Of a stretch of 64,000 nt of DNA, positions 9,271 through 19,663 are shown one piece after another. Position 1 is the first letter of the stretch. Each line of letters starts with the position of its first letter. The DNA lies in the NCBI GenBank assembly GCA_964586045.1, contig CAZPFY010000001.1:154-64153 (forward strand), in the 5' to 3' direction. Position numbers and translations under genes: made by a program. Below the pieces are notes generated by a model, which ran no database searches, was not told the origin of the DNA, and was given only the letters and a program-made list of their open reading frames with translations. Source of the stretch: an uncultured Pseudomonadales bacterium (GTDB lineage: Bacteria; Patescibacteriota; Microgenomatia; UBA1400; MFAQ01).

Positions 9271-12200
9271 TTATTTTGCGTTGTTAATGGCCGTTATAGC
9301 ATTTTTGATATCTTGAGGAATTTGTGAGTCTGTTTGGGGAGCGAAGGTGTCCTGGTTTTTGTTGCGAATTAACTTGGTCCCTTCTTGCCCAACCAGAGCT
9401 TTGAAACCGTCTTCGTCAACAATATAAACATACGGATTGCCGAGTGGTTTGTTGTCGCCAGTCTCCTTGACTGAGTTGGCTTCTGTAACTACGGCATACC
9501 ACTTATTATTCAAGATATATGTTTCAACAATTGCTCCGGTGTGTTTGTCGCCGTTGTTTGTAAAGTAGTCTCCTTTTTGAAAATTGGAAGGTTTAGGATT
9601 TTCGACGATATCTACATTTCTGAGAAAGTCGGGATTGGTAAGCTGGTCTGATGGATAGACGATGGCCTGGTTGCCTTTGGAAACATTGTAGTCAGGATAC
9701 AAGGGTTTTTCGCCATTTCTGCTTGAGTAAATCCCGGTGCTGTAGGCCCACATAAGACATTGGACAATTTCTCTTTCTTTTAGGCCAAAAGTTAAGCCAA
9801 TATAGTTTTGGTAATATTTTTTGTAATCGCTGCTAGAAATAATTCCTTGTAGATTTTTTTCCATGTAATTATTGAAAGCAGTTACATGTTCAGAGTCGTT
9901 ATAAAGAATGCCATCGTATTCTCTGACTATTTTGGCGATATAGGTAATTTTTTGGAGTTGGACTATGGTGGGGTCGGTAGAGTTTGGGTCGAAACTTTGT
10001 GGATTGAGTAATACGCCGTGACCTTGAAGGTCTTTATTTAGTTCCGTGTTGTTTGGGTAAATGGAGTCGGCTTCTGAGTAGTTATATCTTGGGGTGGGGG
10101 TAGTGGTGATAATTTCGGTGGGGGTAGGTGTAATTGTCGGTTGGATTGTGGGTGTGGGGGTAGTGGTGATAATTTCGGTGGGGGTAGGTGTAATTGGGGC
10201 AGCGGTGGTATAGAGCTGGCTATCCATCCAGGGGAGGAAGAAGATAAGGCTCAGGGAGCTGACGGCGGAGATGATGGTTACTCTTACTATTTCGCCCGCG
10301 GTTTTGCCGATGTTTTTTGTTTTGGTGAGTGGGATGGTGTCTGGTGCTGATATGCTTTCTACATTTTTGCTGCGGGTGATGAGGGAGTCACGATACATTC
10401 TGATTGGTTCGAGATTGTTGAGTAGAGGAGTAATGTCGTCCAACTGAGTGCTAAAGCTGTTTTTTTCGGTGCCTTCCTTTAGATACATTGCCTGTTGTTT
10501 GAATTCAAGAGGTTTATTGGTTAGGGCACCACTATCGATGACTTCGGCTCTTGTTCCATAACTGGTTATCTTGCTATCTGGGTAGTAAATTGAATCGATC
10601 CAGACTTTTTCACCCGTGGCAGTAGAAGCCATAGCCCACTCTACAGTTCTTCCTTCGAGTACTCCTTGATGAATTTCTATTTCTATCTTGCCCAAGATAG
10701 AGTCATTGATCGCGTATCTTCGAATTGGTTGTTTGGTAAAGTCAGGAATAAAGCCATCCGGATATTTAAAATTTCTAAAAGTTGCCGTGAAGTCGGTTTT
10801 GGAGTAATCCCTGTTGTAGTATGCGTCGTACTCTGGAGAATAGGTTCCTGGTCTAAAATATTCAACATTTTCGAGCCCTGGAATATCTGTATGGCCAATG
10901 ACCTCTTTGGTGTAGGTGTTTGAAGGATGGGGTATGCCATCGGCGGGAATAAAGTCGGTGACGAAGTTGCCGGTATGGGTTTTGCCTGACTTGCTGTTTG
11001 CTACCAAAGCTTCGTTAATAAGGTGATGGGGTTTTGTTTCTTGGGTGTAGTGAATATCTCTACCTTTACTAAAGGTGTTTCCAAAAGTTCCTGGGGTGAC
11101 TTTCCAGCTACCATCAGCTCCAGACTTCCAAGCGACACGAGCGACGTAAGTACCATTTGGTAGGGTGGTGTAAATGATGACCATTTCGTAGTTACTTCCT
11201 CTGGGTGTGATGGAGTTAAAAGAGTCGGAAATGTAGAATTTTTTTCCGTCTATTTCGACAAATTTGGTTGGTAAATAGGTATCGTCAGCAACAATTTTTT
11301 TGAAGTACTCTTGTGGGTGTTCGGTTTTTAGTTTGACAAACGTTTGTTTTTCGGTGCTGGTAATTGCTTTTGGTAATTCGCTTATTGGTGAGGTTGGCGT
11401 TGGTGTTGATTCTGTTGTCTCAGTCTTGACTTTTGGAGTAAGTTTTTGCCGAGAGATGATTTTTATTTGAGATTTGATATCGTCGATGATGCTCGGGACG
11501 GTGTGAACAATGTTGTAATTTTGGAGATCCGTGTAGTACATAATCATTTTTGTGTAGTTGGTATCGGTGATTGGGGTGAATTTTCCATTGGCATCGAGAT
11601 GACCAAATTCAACAAAAGCGCCTCTGGGCAGGCTTTCAAAAGCGGGTAGATAGTTTGGTCCTTCTTCTAGTGAATAAATGACTCTTGGGGTGCGTAGCTG
11701 AAGATTGTCATTGGTTGAGGTGAGGGCAATGTAAACCTGTTGACCGTTGATTTTGCTGGGAGGGATTGTGCCTTGTTTGGTACCTCCGACTCGGTATTCA
11801 TCACCTGGGTAGATAGCGACGTTTCCTGTCGGCTTGCTTAAACTGGTGGTGGTTTTGTTTGATTTGAACAATTTTCTTGGTTGGAGAGCAGAATTTATTT
11901 GGTAGGGATTTCCGTCGGGGGAGAAGTAGAGTTTGGTGTTTTTGGAGAGAATAATATAGTCACCTGCTTGGGCGCTGGCTTGTCCGCCGGCACGGATGCG
12001 TTGACCGTTGATAGAAACGGTGGAGTTGTTGTTTGCTTTTGGAATCGAGACGAGTATTGATCCATCACTTTCTTTGGTGAGGGTGATGGGGTTACGAGAA
12101 ACCTCGATATCGTGGATGGCTTGATATGGATTGTTGCTATCGTCCGCTTTGGTGTATCTTCCTATATTAAACGATTTACCATTTTCGAGAGGAATGATAG

Positions 12201-15200
12201 AAGATGTTGATTGTCTAGTTTCGGTTCTGCCAGTAAGGATTTCTCTTGCTAAAATAATAACTCCTTTGTCGTTTGTATTTGTCGTGGTAGTGGTCGCGTC
12301 TGTCGCAGGGGCTGTGCGAGAGGAGCGGAGTGGAACTGAAGGAGTGGAAAGAGAACTAGTTTTTTTTTCTGCTAGATAATTGGTAAGTTCTTCTGCGTTT
12401 GGATTGTGACCGTATTTTTCTCGAAACGCAATCATGGCTTCGAAAGTTTTATTGTTTGTTATTTGTTCTGGAGATTGATAGGTTGCAGCGTTTTTTGGAG
12501 CGCTGGTGTTGGCGAGTCGTGCTAATTCTTCTGCACTGTTTACTCTTGTGTTGGCAGCTTTTGGATCTGGGATCGATTTTTGGAGGTAGATATTGGCTTG
12601 TTCTTTGATTATTGCAGCAAGGTCGGCTTTGTCGGTGGCGCTGGTGTTGGGGTCGTTGTATTTGTCGATAAATTTCTGAAGGTAGTCTCTGGTTGGTGAG
12701 TCGGCAGGAGGAAGGACTTTGGAGGAGAGGCCGGTGATTGATTCGAGAGATGTGGGGGTGTTGTTGGTGCTATTTGGATTTTGGGTGTAGTAGTTTTCAG
12801 CAACGATTCTTTCGGCTTCTGTTCTAGATAGATTAAATTCTTTAACTAGATTATCGATAATTAAATACTCAGTTTTTTCATTACGATTGTCGAAGATGTA
12901 TTTTGTTGCTGTTTGAGTTGATGGAGATGGTTGTGTTTGGGTGCGAACATTAAGATCGCGTAGGGGAATGGCTTTGGAAATATTTTCGTTGAGGAATTCG
13001 GCGACCTGCATGCCGATACTTCTCGTTGTGTGTGCTGGTGAATTGATTGCGTCTTTTGGTACATATATTAGTCCGCCAGCTACTGCAACAAAGTCTTTGG
13101 TAGATTCACTTCCAATTTTTACTCCGCCAGACTCGCGGATTAATTCTCCTTTCCAGATTTTGGAAAGTGTTTTTAGGAACCAGTTTTGGGATTTTGTGGT
13201 AGGATTGTTTTTGTAGTTTTTGTTTCCTGGGTATCCCGGAAAGTCGTTGATATCTGCTATGAGGTTTGACTGATTGATAATTTTTTGTAGGTCGATTAGT
13301 TTTGGATTTTTCTGGTCTATCAGATTTATGACTTCAGCTACAGATTTGTTGATTATATCTATGCCGTTATCAGAAGCGATTTTGATTATAATTGTGTCTG
13401 GTTGGTTTGCAGGGATGAGCATTTCGGTGGTGGTGAGTGGTGAGATAAGATTTGATCTGTGTTTGAGTGTATAAGTGACTTCTCCCGTATCTTGGTCTAT
13501 TTTGAGAATGGTGACATTTTTATCAGTGATTCTTTTATCTGCTCCTAAAAATGTCATTAGGCTTTTTTCTCGCATGCCTCTCACTTTTTCTAAAACTTGT
13601 TGTGAAGATAAGTCAAGTCTGTCTCTGACTGATTTGTTGTCTGTGTATAATCCGGTACTGGGGTTGGTGTCGTTGGGATCGATTTGTCCTCTCTCTCTTG
13701 CCCTAACAATTGCCCTACTAGTTAGTTCGTCGACTTTGGACTCGAAAACTGTGGTGGCTAGTTCAATGACATCGGTGTTATCGAGAGGTGAATTGGCTTT
13801 AGAGATGAAGTCTCTTTGGGCAGTGTCTAGGTCTCGATGGTATCTTGCCATTTCTGATAGATAATTTTGGTCTAAACTTAGTGCACGAATTATTTTTATT
13901 TCTTCATCATTAAAATTATTTTTTAGAGTTTCAGTAAAAAAAGACTCATTTTCTGAGGCAATCCCATTTCGCTCTTCCACAATTTTTGCTATTTCAAGAT
14001 TCCTGGGGTTGTTGGTGTTAGCAATTGTATTGCCAGAATCATTTTGATTTCTGTTTAAATATCTTTTTGTGGCGAGTGAAGTTAAACCACTTATTTGTTT
14101 ATCTGTTTGTTCTTGAATTTGTGATTTCGCAGTGGCAATATCTGCTTCGCTGTACCCGTTTTTGGGGTTACTAAAGTCGGCTTCTACCTCGTTAAAGATA
14201 TTTTGGGTTTTTGTAATTTCGGAAATATAGTTTGGATCTTTTGAAAGCATCCTAACCGTTTCAATTTCGGCAGGAGTAAAACCTTCGTCTTGTAGTAGGC
14301 GATATGTATAGAGTGGTTCGCTAGTTAATTTTTGGTGATACTTTTCTGTTGCTTGGGCGATGGTGACATTTCTTTTCGTGTTTGCTGGAGATGAATCTGC
14401 TGGTGATTTAATAAATGGCGTGTCGACTATTTTGGTTGTGTCTGTTGTGATGCTGAATTTGCTATAGATGTTTTTGAGTACAGCTTCGAGTCTTGTTGGA
14501 TTGGCTGCGGCAATTTCTGCCAGCTTTTTTTCTGTTTGTGGAATTTGATTAATGGCCTCAATGGTGAGGTTTTTAACGTCAGTATCGTTTCTCGCTTGTT
14601 TTTGTAAACTTAAAATATATTCTTGATCAAAGCTAAGTTTGAGAGCAATATCTACCTCTTGGTCATTAAAGGCTAGTTTTTTTAAGTGGCTTCTAAAAGC
14701 GTCTAGATTCTCTACTGCTTCGTAGTGATATCTTTCAGCTGCCATAGAGATACCAATAATTTGGTTTTCGCTTAATTCTGTAGCTACGGGTAATTTGGAG
14801 TTTGGGGTGGAGGCGGTCTTTAGCGATTCTGGGTCGAGACTTCTGGGACTTCTGTAGGCTGTGTCATTGAAAAAAATGCCAGGTACTTGAGTGACTGGGT
14901 CTTTTCCTTTCAAGTTTGCTTCGGTTATAAAACTAAAATTGTGATTGGGTGGATTTTCGCGTTTGATCATGTCGGGAGTTAAGCCTTCGACTTTGGCTCC
15001 ACTTTCAAGCACTTTTTTTATAAAGATCGCGTCTGGTTGGTCGCCTGCGATAATCATCGTTCCTGATATATCTTTTCCTAATATTTCGCTATATCGTTTG
15101 GTTAGATAGGTTATCTTTCCTGTTGCTTTTTCTGTTGACAAAATCACGATAGTTGGATCGGACATTCGGTTGGCTGCAGCAGACAGATTGGTCATTTCAG

Positions 15201-18200
15201 CTACGCCTAGATCTTTTATGATTTCTGCGAGCTCGGTTTTTGTAGCACCAAAAGCTAGTTCCATCTTGCGAATATTTTTGGTGCTGTAAACTGGATTTTG
15301 GATTATTCCCAAGCCTCCAAACACTTTGGTCATGGGATAATTTGGATTTATTTTGTCGCCGACGCCACCGGATTCGCCACCTATTCTTCCATACCAAATA
15401 TCGGAAAGTAGTTTTAGAAATCGGTTTTGGGGTTGGGTTGTGTTTGTTGTTTGTCCGAGGGTAACGAGGCTGTTGTATGACGATTCTGGAGTTCCGGGTG
15501 ATAAAAATACGTTTTTAATTTTAACCAAAGCAATTGTTAGATTGTTATATCCCAATGGTTTGGGATTTCCAGGTTTAGTTCCGATTGGTTTTTCAAACTT
15601 CAAAGTGTATTTTTCGTATTTACTAGTTAAGTTTTCGATGGCTATCATTCGATCTTCGTCATTGGTGTATGTCTTAACATTAATTTCGTCTAATTCACCG
15701 ACGAACATTTCAGCAAGGCGATTTTTTTGAGACTTGGTTAGAGTTGGGGGAGCGGTTGGGGTGGTGGGGATTGGGGGTGTTGCGTCTGGTTTTGGCTGGA
15801 GATTCTCTTCACTTATGGCGTTTTTGGCGCCGGCAACAATTTTTTTACTTTCAGCATTTATAAAATCTATTTCATCTGAATAACGCATCTCGTCAACTGT
15901 GGCGATTCTGTTTTCTGACTCGTCGTTTGGATCACTTAAGAGCTCTTTTGCGATGCGTTCATTTGCGATTCCTCTTTCTTCTAGTGCATTTGTTAATAAT
16001 TGGTCTGATCCAGACTCTCTTATCTTTGCAGCGATTTCTAGATCGGAGTTAGAAAAGCCTCGCTCGATGAGTTTTGCTCTAAAATTTGCATCGGATAGAT
16101 CCCTGTAAGTGATAACAGCTCGGACTATGGAGGAGTCTGCGGTAGGAGACCTTGTCAGGTTTTCAAGGTTAGATGCTGTTTCTCGAAAATTTCTACTGTT
16201 ATTTGTTGTGGTGTCGATGGTTTTTGATTTTATGAGGTTGGCGAGGGTGATGTCGTCGGTAGTTTGGGTAGGAATTTTTCGATTGAAGAGAATGTCTTCA
16301 CTGATACCGAGACTGGCGAGTTTTTCGGTGAGTCCGGGGACTTGATTGTAGAGAATTGAGTCGGTGGTGTTGTCGAGTGACTTGTGGGTTGTTCCAGTGG
16401 GGGAGTTTGTTGAATTATTTGTAGCTAAATTTGTGGCTTTGGTTATAGCAAAAGAGGTGAAGTTGATGGCTTTATCGACAGCTTGGTCGAAAACAATAGC
16501 CATGATTAAATTGCTTTTGGCAGCATCATTATTTTCTTTGGTAACTGTTTGGGCAATTTCTTTACAGGCACCAGAGCCAATACCATTTTTTCTTTCGCAA
16601 CTAGTTAGTTCTATTTCAGATTGGGTGTCGATAAAACCAACAGTGCTTTTGAATTGATAGTCGGCTTGAGTGCCGCCTATTAGTGAATTGCCGAGGCTTG
16701 ATGCTAAGTTGATACCAGTAACCCCGGCTTTTTGGAGTAAAGTTGTTGGGTTTGGTAGTTTGAGATTGGCGACGTAGGAACCAGTACCAGCAGAGATGGC
16801 GCCCATGACAGGGGCGATGGCGAGGTTGATGACGGCTTGACGCTGGTTTTCTTTTTGAAGAGCATCAAATTGTTCGTTGATGAGAGTTTGCATGGAAGCT
16901 TGGGCTGTTATTTCTGAGTTGTTTACGACGGCATTGAGATCGGCATTGTACTGTTGGTAGGTATTGGTAATCGCTTGATAATTTGCAAATTGATTATCTT
17001 TGGTGGTACAAGAAGCACCGATTTTGACACCTTCAGCGGTGTCGCAAGCGGCACCTTGGTTGCTATAGATAGCTTGAATGAGGGTGGCGGCTTTGTCGTT
17101 TCCGACAACTTTGGCAATGCCTTGTCTTTCAGCTTCTATTTCTTGGGCAGTGGCTGTCCCAAGAACTGGAACCAAGTTGGAAATTGCAGCAGCTGTTCCG
17201 CCGATGGCGCCACATGCAAGTGCGCCTGGTCCAAGCTCGGCACAAAGGGCTGTGGCAAGGATCGCGGTGCCAACAGCACCGACAACCCCTGTACCCCTGG
17301 TGTAGGTTTCGGTAACGTAGTAGCGATCTAGCATTTCGTTGGCTAAATTGGTTTTTTGTTGTTCAGTAAGCGGTTTGTTTGCTTCGAGCTGATTTCTGAC
17401 TGAAGCGGGAACGCTGATAGAAGTTCCGGACATATTACCAAAACCATATTTCGGATCAAAAAACTGAAGGCGATCATGAGCTTCGGCAGAGTTAACTGCT
17501 TTTTTTCGAGCTTCATCAGACACCGCAGCGTTATCGATGGTGGCAATGTTGCTTTGGAAAGCATCGGGGAGGGCGTCTTTTTGGATTTGATCGTTAAAAA
17601 CTTCGGCTAGATAGGTGTCTGAATTTTGACTAACGATTTTTGTTAACTCTGTTAGAGCATTTTTTCTGGCCTTAATATAATCATTGCTTGACGCGCCACC
17701 ACCGACGGTACTTAAAGCTTTTTGGCAGAGACTGTCGAGACCTTTGTTGATTTCACAAGCTTTTTTGATTGCTAGATTTTGATATTTTGTATCGGCGTTT
17801 TCCCATTTTACTGGTTTTCCGTTGTCGCTAAGACCTTTGATGGTTTGCTCTTGGGTTAGCTTGTTGGACAGAGAAAGAATAATAGGATTCATATCTTGAC
17901 CAACTTTGTAAGCCGAAGCTTTTTGGATATCGGCAAAGGCTTTGGGATTTTTGTTGTACTTGTCGGAATAGGTTTGATAAACAGTAAAATCTTTGGAAAT
18001 ATCTTCTCGGAATTTGAGAGCATACGCGTCTCTTTGTTCGATGGATTGTTTTGAGAGGAGACAGGTGGCATCACAATTTGGCATTTTGTCTTTTAGATAG
18101 GCCCAGGTGGCTTGAGTTATAGCTTGGTCCAAAAGCACGACTTCGTTTTTGACATTGTTATTGATGCCACTGACTTGTTTGCCTTCTTTAAAATTGGGAA

Positions 18201-19608
18201 TGACTTTGGGGATGAGATTTTCGAGAGCTACAAAGCGTTTGGCTTGAGCATCCTGTTTGATTTGGTCGTTAGTTATTTGTTTGAGAATATCTGTTCGTTC
18301 AAAGTTGCGAAGACAATCGGTTTCACCTTTTTTGCAGACACCGGCAGCGACGGCCATATCACTACTTGTTTTGTTTGGGTCGGCGTAGATATTGGCGAAG
18401 AAAATATTATTGATTTGGTCCTGGCGAGCCTTTACTACTTGCTTGTAATAATTTGGATCGGTATCTTTTAGGGCGATGGTGTCGAGATACATTTGAGGTT
18501 TGAAAGTATTTTCGCAAGCGATGTTGCTTTTGCAGTATTCTTTTTTTAGTTCGGCATCAGTTTTGGTGAGAAATTTGTCAGTAACCAATTTGATAGTGGC
18601 AATTTGAGTTTGTTGTTCTCGTAAAGATTTTTTGAAACTTGTGACCTCGATGTCTTCGAAACCAGCATTTTTGAGGTAATCTTCGCGTTGAAACTCTTTG
18701 AGGCAGATATCTTTTCCGGAAGATTTGCTGCAGGCTTCTTTGGCGAGAGTGGCGGTGCTAATATTTAAATCAAAAAATTTACTAAATGATCTCTGTTGGG
18801 CGTCGATTTTTTGGACAGTTTTTTCGAGACTTTCGGGAGGATAGCCAAGGGCTTGGAGCTTGCCCTTGATGTCGGCTTTGGTTTGGATTTCGGTATCGGT
18901 AATGATTGATCTGGTTAGATCGTTGATAAAAGTTTGATTGGCTTGTTCGGTGATATTTTTTTCATATTCGAGGGGGATGTTGTTGAGAGATATTAAGGCC
19001 TTGCCTGCGTCGGCGAGGGTTTTTGTTTGGCAGTCGAGGTTGGTTCCACATGCAGCATACTGTGTTGTGAGATTAGTTTGGGTAAGAATTTCGGAGGAGG
19101 TGAGATTTGCGACTCGGGTTTGAACACTGTTGACGTATTCGACGGCGGCTTTTTTGGTGTCGGGTAAATTGACTACGTATCTTTTGCCGTTTTGACAATA
19201 TGTGCCGGAAACAAAACCGCCACATTCTTTATCGGTGTCGTAACCATATTCACCTTTTTTGGGAACGTAACCAAAGCGATAGGCAGCAATAGGGGTGGGA
19301 GTTACGATAATCTTTTGTTGGGTTGGGGAAGGTGATGTTGTTGGAGAGACTGAGTTTTTTGTTGCGCTAGTGGCAGGATTGTTTTTATCAGCTTTTTTGG
19401 TGGGGGTGGCAGTAGTTTTTGGTGGTGTTGCTTTTTTAACGGGGACAGCTCTATCTTCTGGTACAGTCATGGCGTAGGGGGTGCTACCTGGAGCATTGGG
19501 GGTTATGCCTTTGGTGTCTGAAATTTTTTGGGAAACATAAAAAGATGTGCCTGCGACACCGGAGATAAAAACAACAGCTAAAATGGCTCGTAAAAAGCGA
19601 GTTTGCAC
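9271..19608 (-). CDS. Giant 3445-aa protein: N-terminal anchor, hydrophobic hairpins, helical repeats, FHA-like domain, late TM, Pro/Thr linker, C-terminal CHAP-like domain
   Basis: 10.3-kb ORF; NIGRY...EVSRN...INGQRI (FHA-like); QCLMWA...GDYF...HTGAIVE...VTEAN (CHAP-like). Confidence 0.8.
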   Translation of the reverse strand: MQTRFLRAILAVVFISGVAGTSFYVSQKISDTKGITPNAPGSTPYAMTVPEDRAVPVKKATPPKTTATPTKKADKNNPATSATKNSVSPTTSPSPTQQKIIVTPTPIAAYRFGYVPKKGEYGYDTDKECGGFVSGTYCQNGKRYVVNLPDTKKAAVEYVNSVQTRVANLTSSEILTQTNLTTQYAACGTNLDCQTKTLADAGKALISLNNIPLEYEKNITEQANQTFINDLTRSIITDTEIQTKADIKGKLQALGYPPESLEKTVQKIDAQQRSFSKFFDLNISTATLAKEACSKSSGKDICLKEFQREDYLKNAGFEDIEVTSFKKSLREQQTQIATIKLVTDKFLTKTDAELKKEYCKSNIACENTFKPQMYLDTIALKDTDPNYYKQVVKARQDQINNIFFANIYADPNKTSSDMAVAAGVCKKGETDCLRNFERTDILKQITNDQIKQDAQAKRFVALENLIPKVIPNFKEGKQVSGINNNVKNEVVLLDQAITQATWAYLKDKMPNCDATCLLSKQSIEQRDAYALKFREDISKDFTVYQTYSDKYNKNPKAFADIQKASAYKVGQDMNPIILSLSNKLTQEQTIKGLSDNGKPVKWENADTKYQNLAIKKACEINKGLDSLCQKALSTVGGGASSNDYIKARKNALTELTKIVSQNSDTYLAEVFNDQIQKDALPDAFQSNIATIDNAAVSDEARKKAVNSAEAHDRLQFFDPKYGFGNMSGTSISVPASVRNQLEANKPLTEQQKTNLANEMLDRYYVTETYTRGTGVVGAVGTAILATALCAELGPGALACGAIGGTAAAISNLVPVLGTATAQEIEAERQGIAKVVGNDKAATLIQAIYSNQGAACDTAEGVKIGASCTTKDNQFANYQAITNTYQQYNADLNAVVNNSEITAQASMQTLINEQFDALQKENQRQAVINLAIAPVMGAISAGTGSYVANLKLPNPTTLLQKAGVTGINLASSLGNSLIGGTQADYQFKSTVGFIDTQSEIELTSCERKNGIGSGACKEIAQTVTKENNDAAKSNLIMAIVFDQAVDKAINFTSFAITKATNLATNNSTNSPTGTTHKSLDNTTDSILYNQVPGLTEKLASLGISEDILFNRKIPTQTTDDITLANLIKSKTIDTTTNNSRNFRETASNLENLTRSPTADSSIVRAVITYRDLSDANFRAKLIERGFSNSDLEIAAKIRESGSDQLLTNALEERGIANERIAKELLSDPNDESENRIATVDEMRYSDEIDFINAESKKIVAGAKNAISEENLQPKPDATPPIPTTPTAPPTLTKSQKNRLAEMFVGELDEINVKTYTNDEDRMIAIENLTSKYEKYTLKFEKPIGTKPGNPKPLGYNNLTIALVKIKNVFLSPGTPESSYNSLVTLGQTTNTTQPQNRFLKLLSDIWYGRIGGESGGVGDKINPNYPMTKVFGGLGIIQNPVYSTKNIRKMELAFGATKTELAEIIKDLGVAEMTNLSAAANRMSDPTIVILSTEKATGKITYLTKRYSEILGKDISGTMIIAGDQPDAIFIKKVLESGAKVEGLTPDMIKRENPPNHNFSFITEANLKGKDPVTQVPGIFFNDTAYRSPRSLDPESLKTASTPNSKLPVATELSENQIIGISMAAERYHYEAVENLDAFRSHLKKLAFNDQEVDIALKLSFDQEYILSLQKQARNDTDVKNLTIEAINQIPQTEKKLAEIAAANPTRLEAVLKNIYSKFSITTDTTKIVDTPFIKSPADSSPANTKRNVTIAQATEKYHQKLTSEPLYTYRLLQDEGFTPAEIETVRMLSKDPNYISEITKTQNIFNEVEADFSNPKNGYSEADIATAKSQIQEQTDKQISGLTSLATKRYLNRNQNDSGNTIANTNNPRNLEIAKIVEERNGIASENESFFTETLKNNFNDEEIKIIRALSLDQNYLSEMARYHRDLDTAQRDFISKANSPLDNTDVIELATTVFESKVDELTSRAIVRARERGQIDPNDTNPSTGLYTDNKSVRDRLDLSSQQVLEKVRGMREKSLMTFLGADKRITDKNVTILKIDQDTGEVTYTLKHRSNLISPLTTTEMLIPANQPDTIIIKIASDNGIDIINKSVAEVINLIDQKNPKLIDLQKIINQSNLIADINDFPGYPGNKNYKNNPTTKSQNWFLKTLSKIWKGELIRESGGVKIGSESTKDFVAVAGGLIYVPKDAINSPAHTTRSIGMQVAEFLNENISKAIPLRDLNVRTQTQPSPSTQTATKYIFDNRNEKTEYLIIDNLVKEFNLSRTEAERIVAENYYTQNPNSTNNTPTSLESITGLSSKVLPPADSPTRDYLQKFIDKYNDPNTSATDKADLAAIIKEQANIYLQKSIPDPKAANTRVNSAEELARLANTSAPKNAATYQSPEQITNNKTFEAMIAFREKYGHNPNAEELTNYLAEKKTSSLSTPSVPLRSSRTAPATDATTTTTNTNDKGVIILAREILTGRTETRQSTSSIIPLENGKSFNIGRYTKADDSNNPYQAIHDIEVSRNPITLTKESDGSILVSIPKANNNSTVSINGQRIRAGGQASAQAGDYIILSKNTKLYFSPDGNPYQINSALQPRKLFKSNKTTTSLSKPTGNVAIYPGDEYRVGGTKQGTIPPSKINGQQVYIALTSTNDNLQLRTPRVIYSLEEGPNYLPAFESLPRGAFVEFGHLDANGKFTPITDTNYTKMIMYYTDLQNYNIVHTVPSIIDDIKSQIKIISRQKLTPKVKTETTESTPTPTSPISELPKAITSTEKQTFVKLKTEHPQEYFKKIVADDTYLPTKFVEIDGKKFYISDSFNSITPRGSNYEMVIIYTTLPNGTYVARVAWKSGADGSWKVTPGTFGNTFSKGRDIHYTQETKPHHLINEALVANSKSGKTHTGNFVTDFIPADGIPHPSNTYTKEVIGHTDIPGLENVEYFRPGTYSPEYDAYYNRDYSKTDFTATFRNFKYPDGFIPDFTKQPIRRYAINDSILGKIEIEIHQGVLEGRTVEWAMASTATGEKVWIDSIYYPDSKITSYGTRAEVIDSGALTNKPLEFKQQAMYLKEGTEKNSFSTQLDDITPLLNNLEPIRMYRDSLITRSKNVESISAPDTIPLTKTKNIGKTAGEIVRVTIISAVSSLSLIFFLPWMDSQLYTTAAPITPTPTEIITTTPTPTIQPTITPTPTEIITTTPTPRYNYSEADSIYPNNTELNKDLQGHGVLLNPQSFDPNSTDPTIVQLQKITYIAKIVREYDGILYNDSEHVTAFNNYMEKNLQGIISSSDYKKYYQNYIGLTFGLKEREIVQCLMWAYSTGIYSSRNGEKPLYPDYNVSKGNQAIVYPSDQLTNPDFLRNVDIVENPKPSNFQKGDYFTNNGDKHTGAIVETYILNNKWYAVVTEANSVKETGDNKPLGNPYVYIVDEDGFKALVGQEGTKLIRNKNQDTFAPQTDSQIPQDIKNAITAINNAK
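10094..10196. repeat. Exact 43-bp direct repeat, period 60 bp, encoding a Pro/Thr linker
   Basis: 10094-10136 is identical to 10154-10196. Confidence 0.9.
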
Positions 19609-19663
19609 AATTTCATTTAAGCATTTTGTTGACTATATTAGAAGAGGTATTTATGATGAATAT

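Noticed and set aside
19547-19663. ORF-track N-terminal extensions of SIMPL (also comM, M16 and the 58268 ORF)
   Set aside because: They overlap promoters or the divergent gene. Downstream ATGs 6 nt after -10 boxes fit better.
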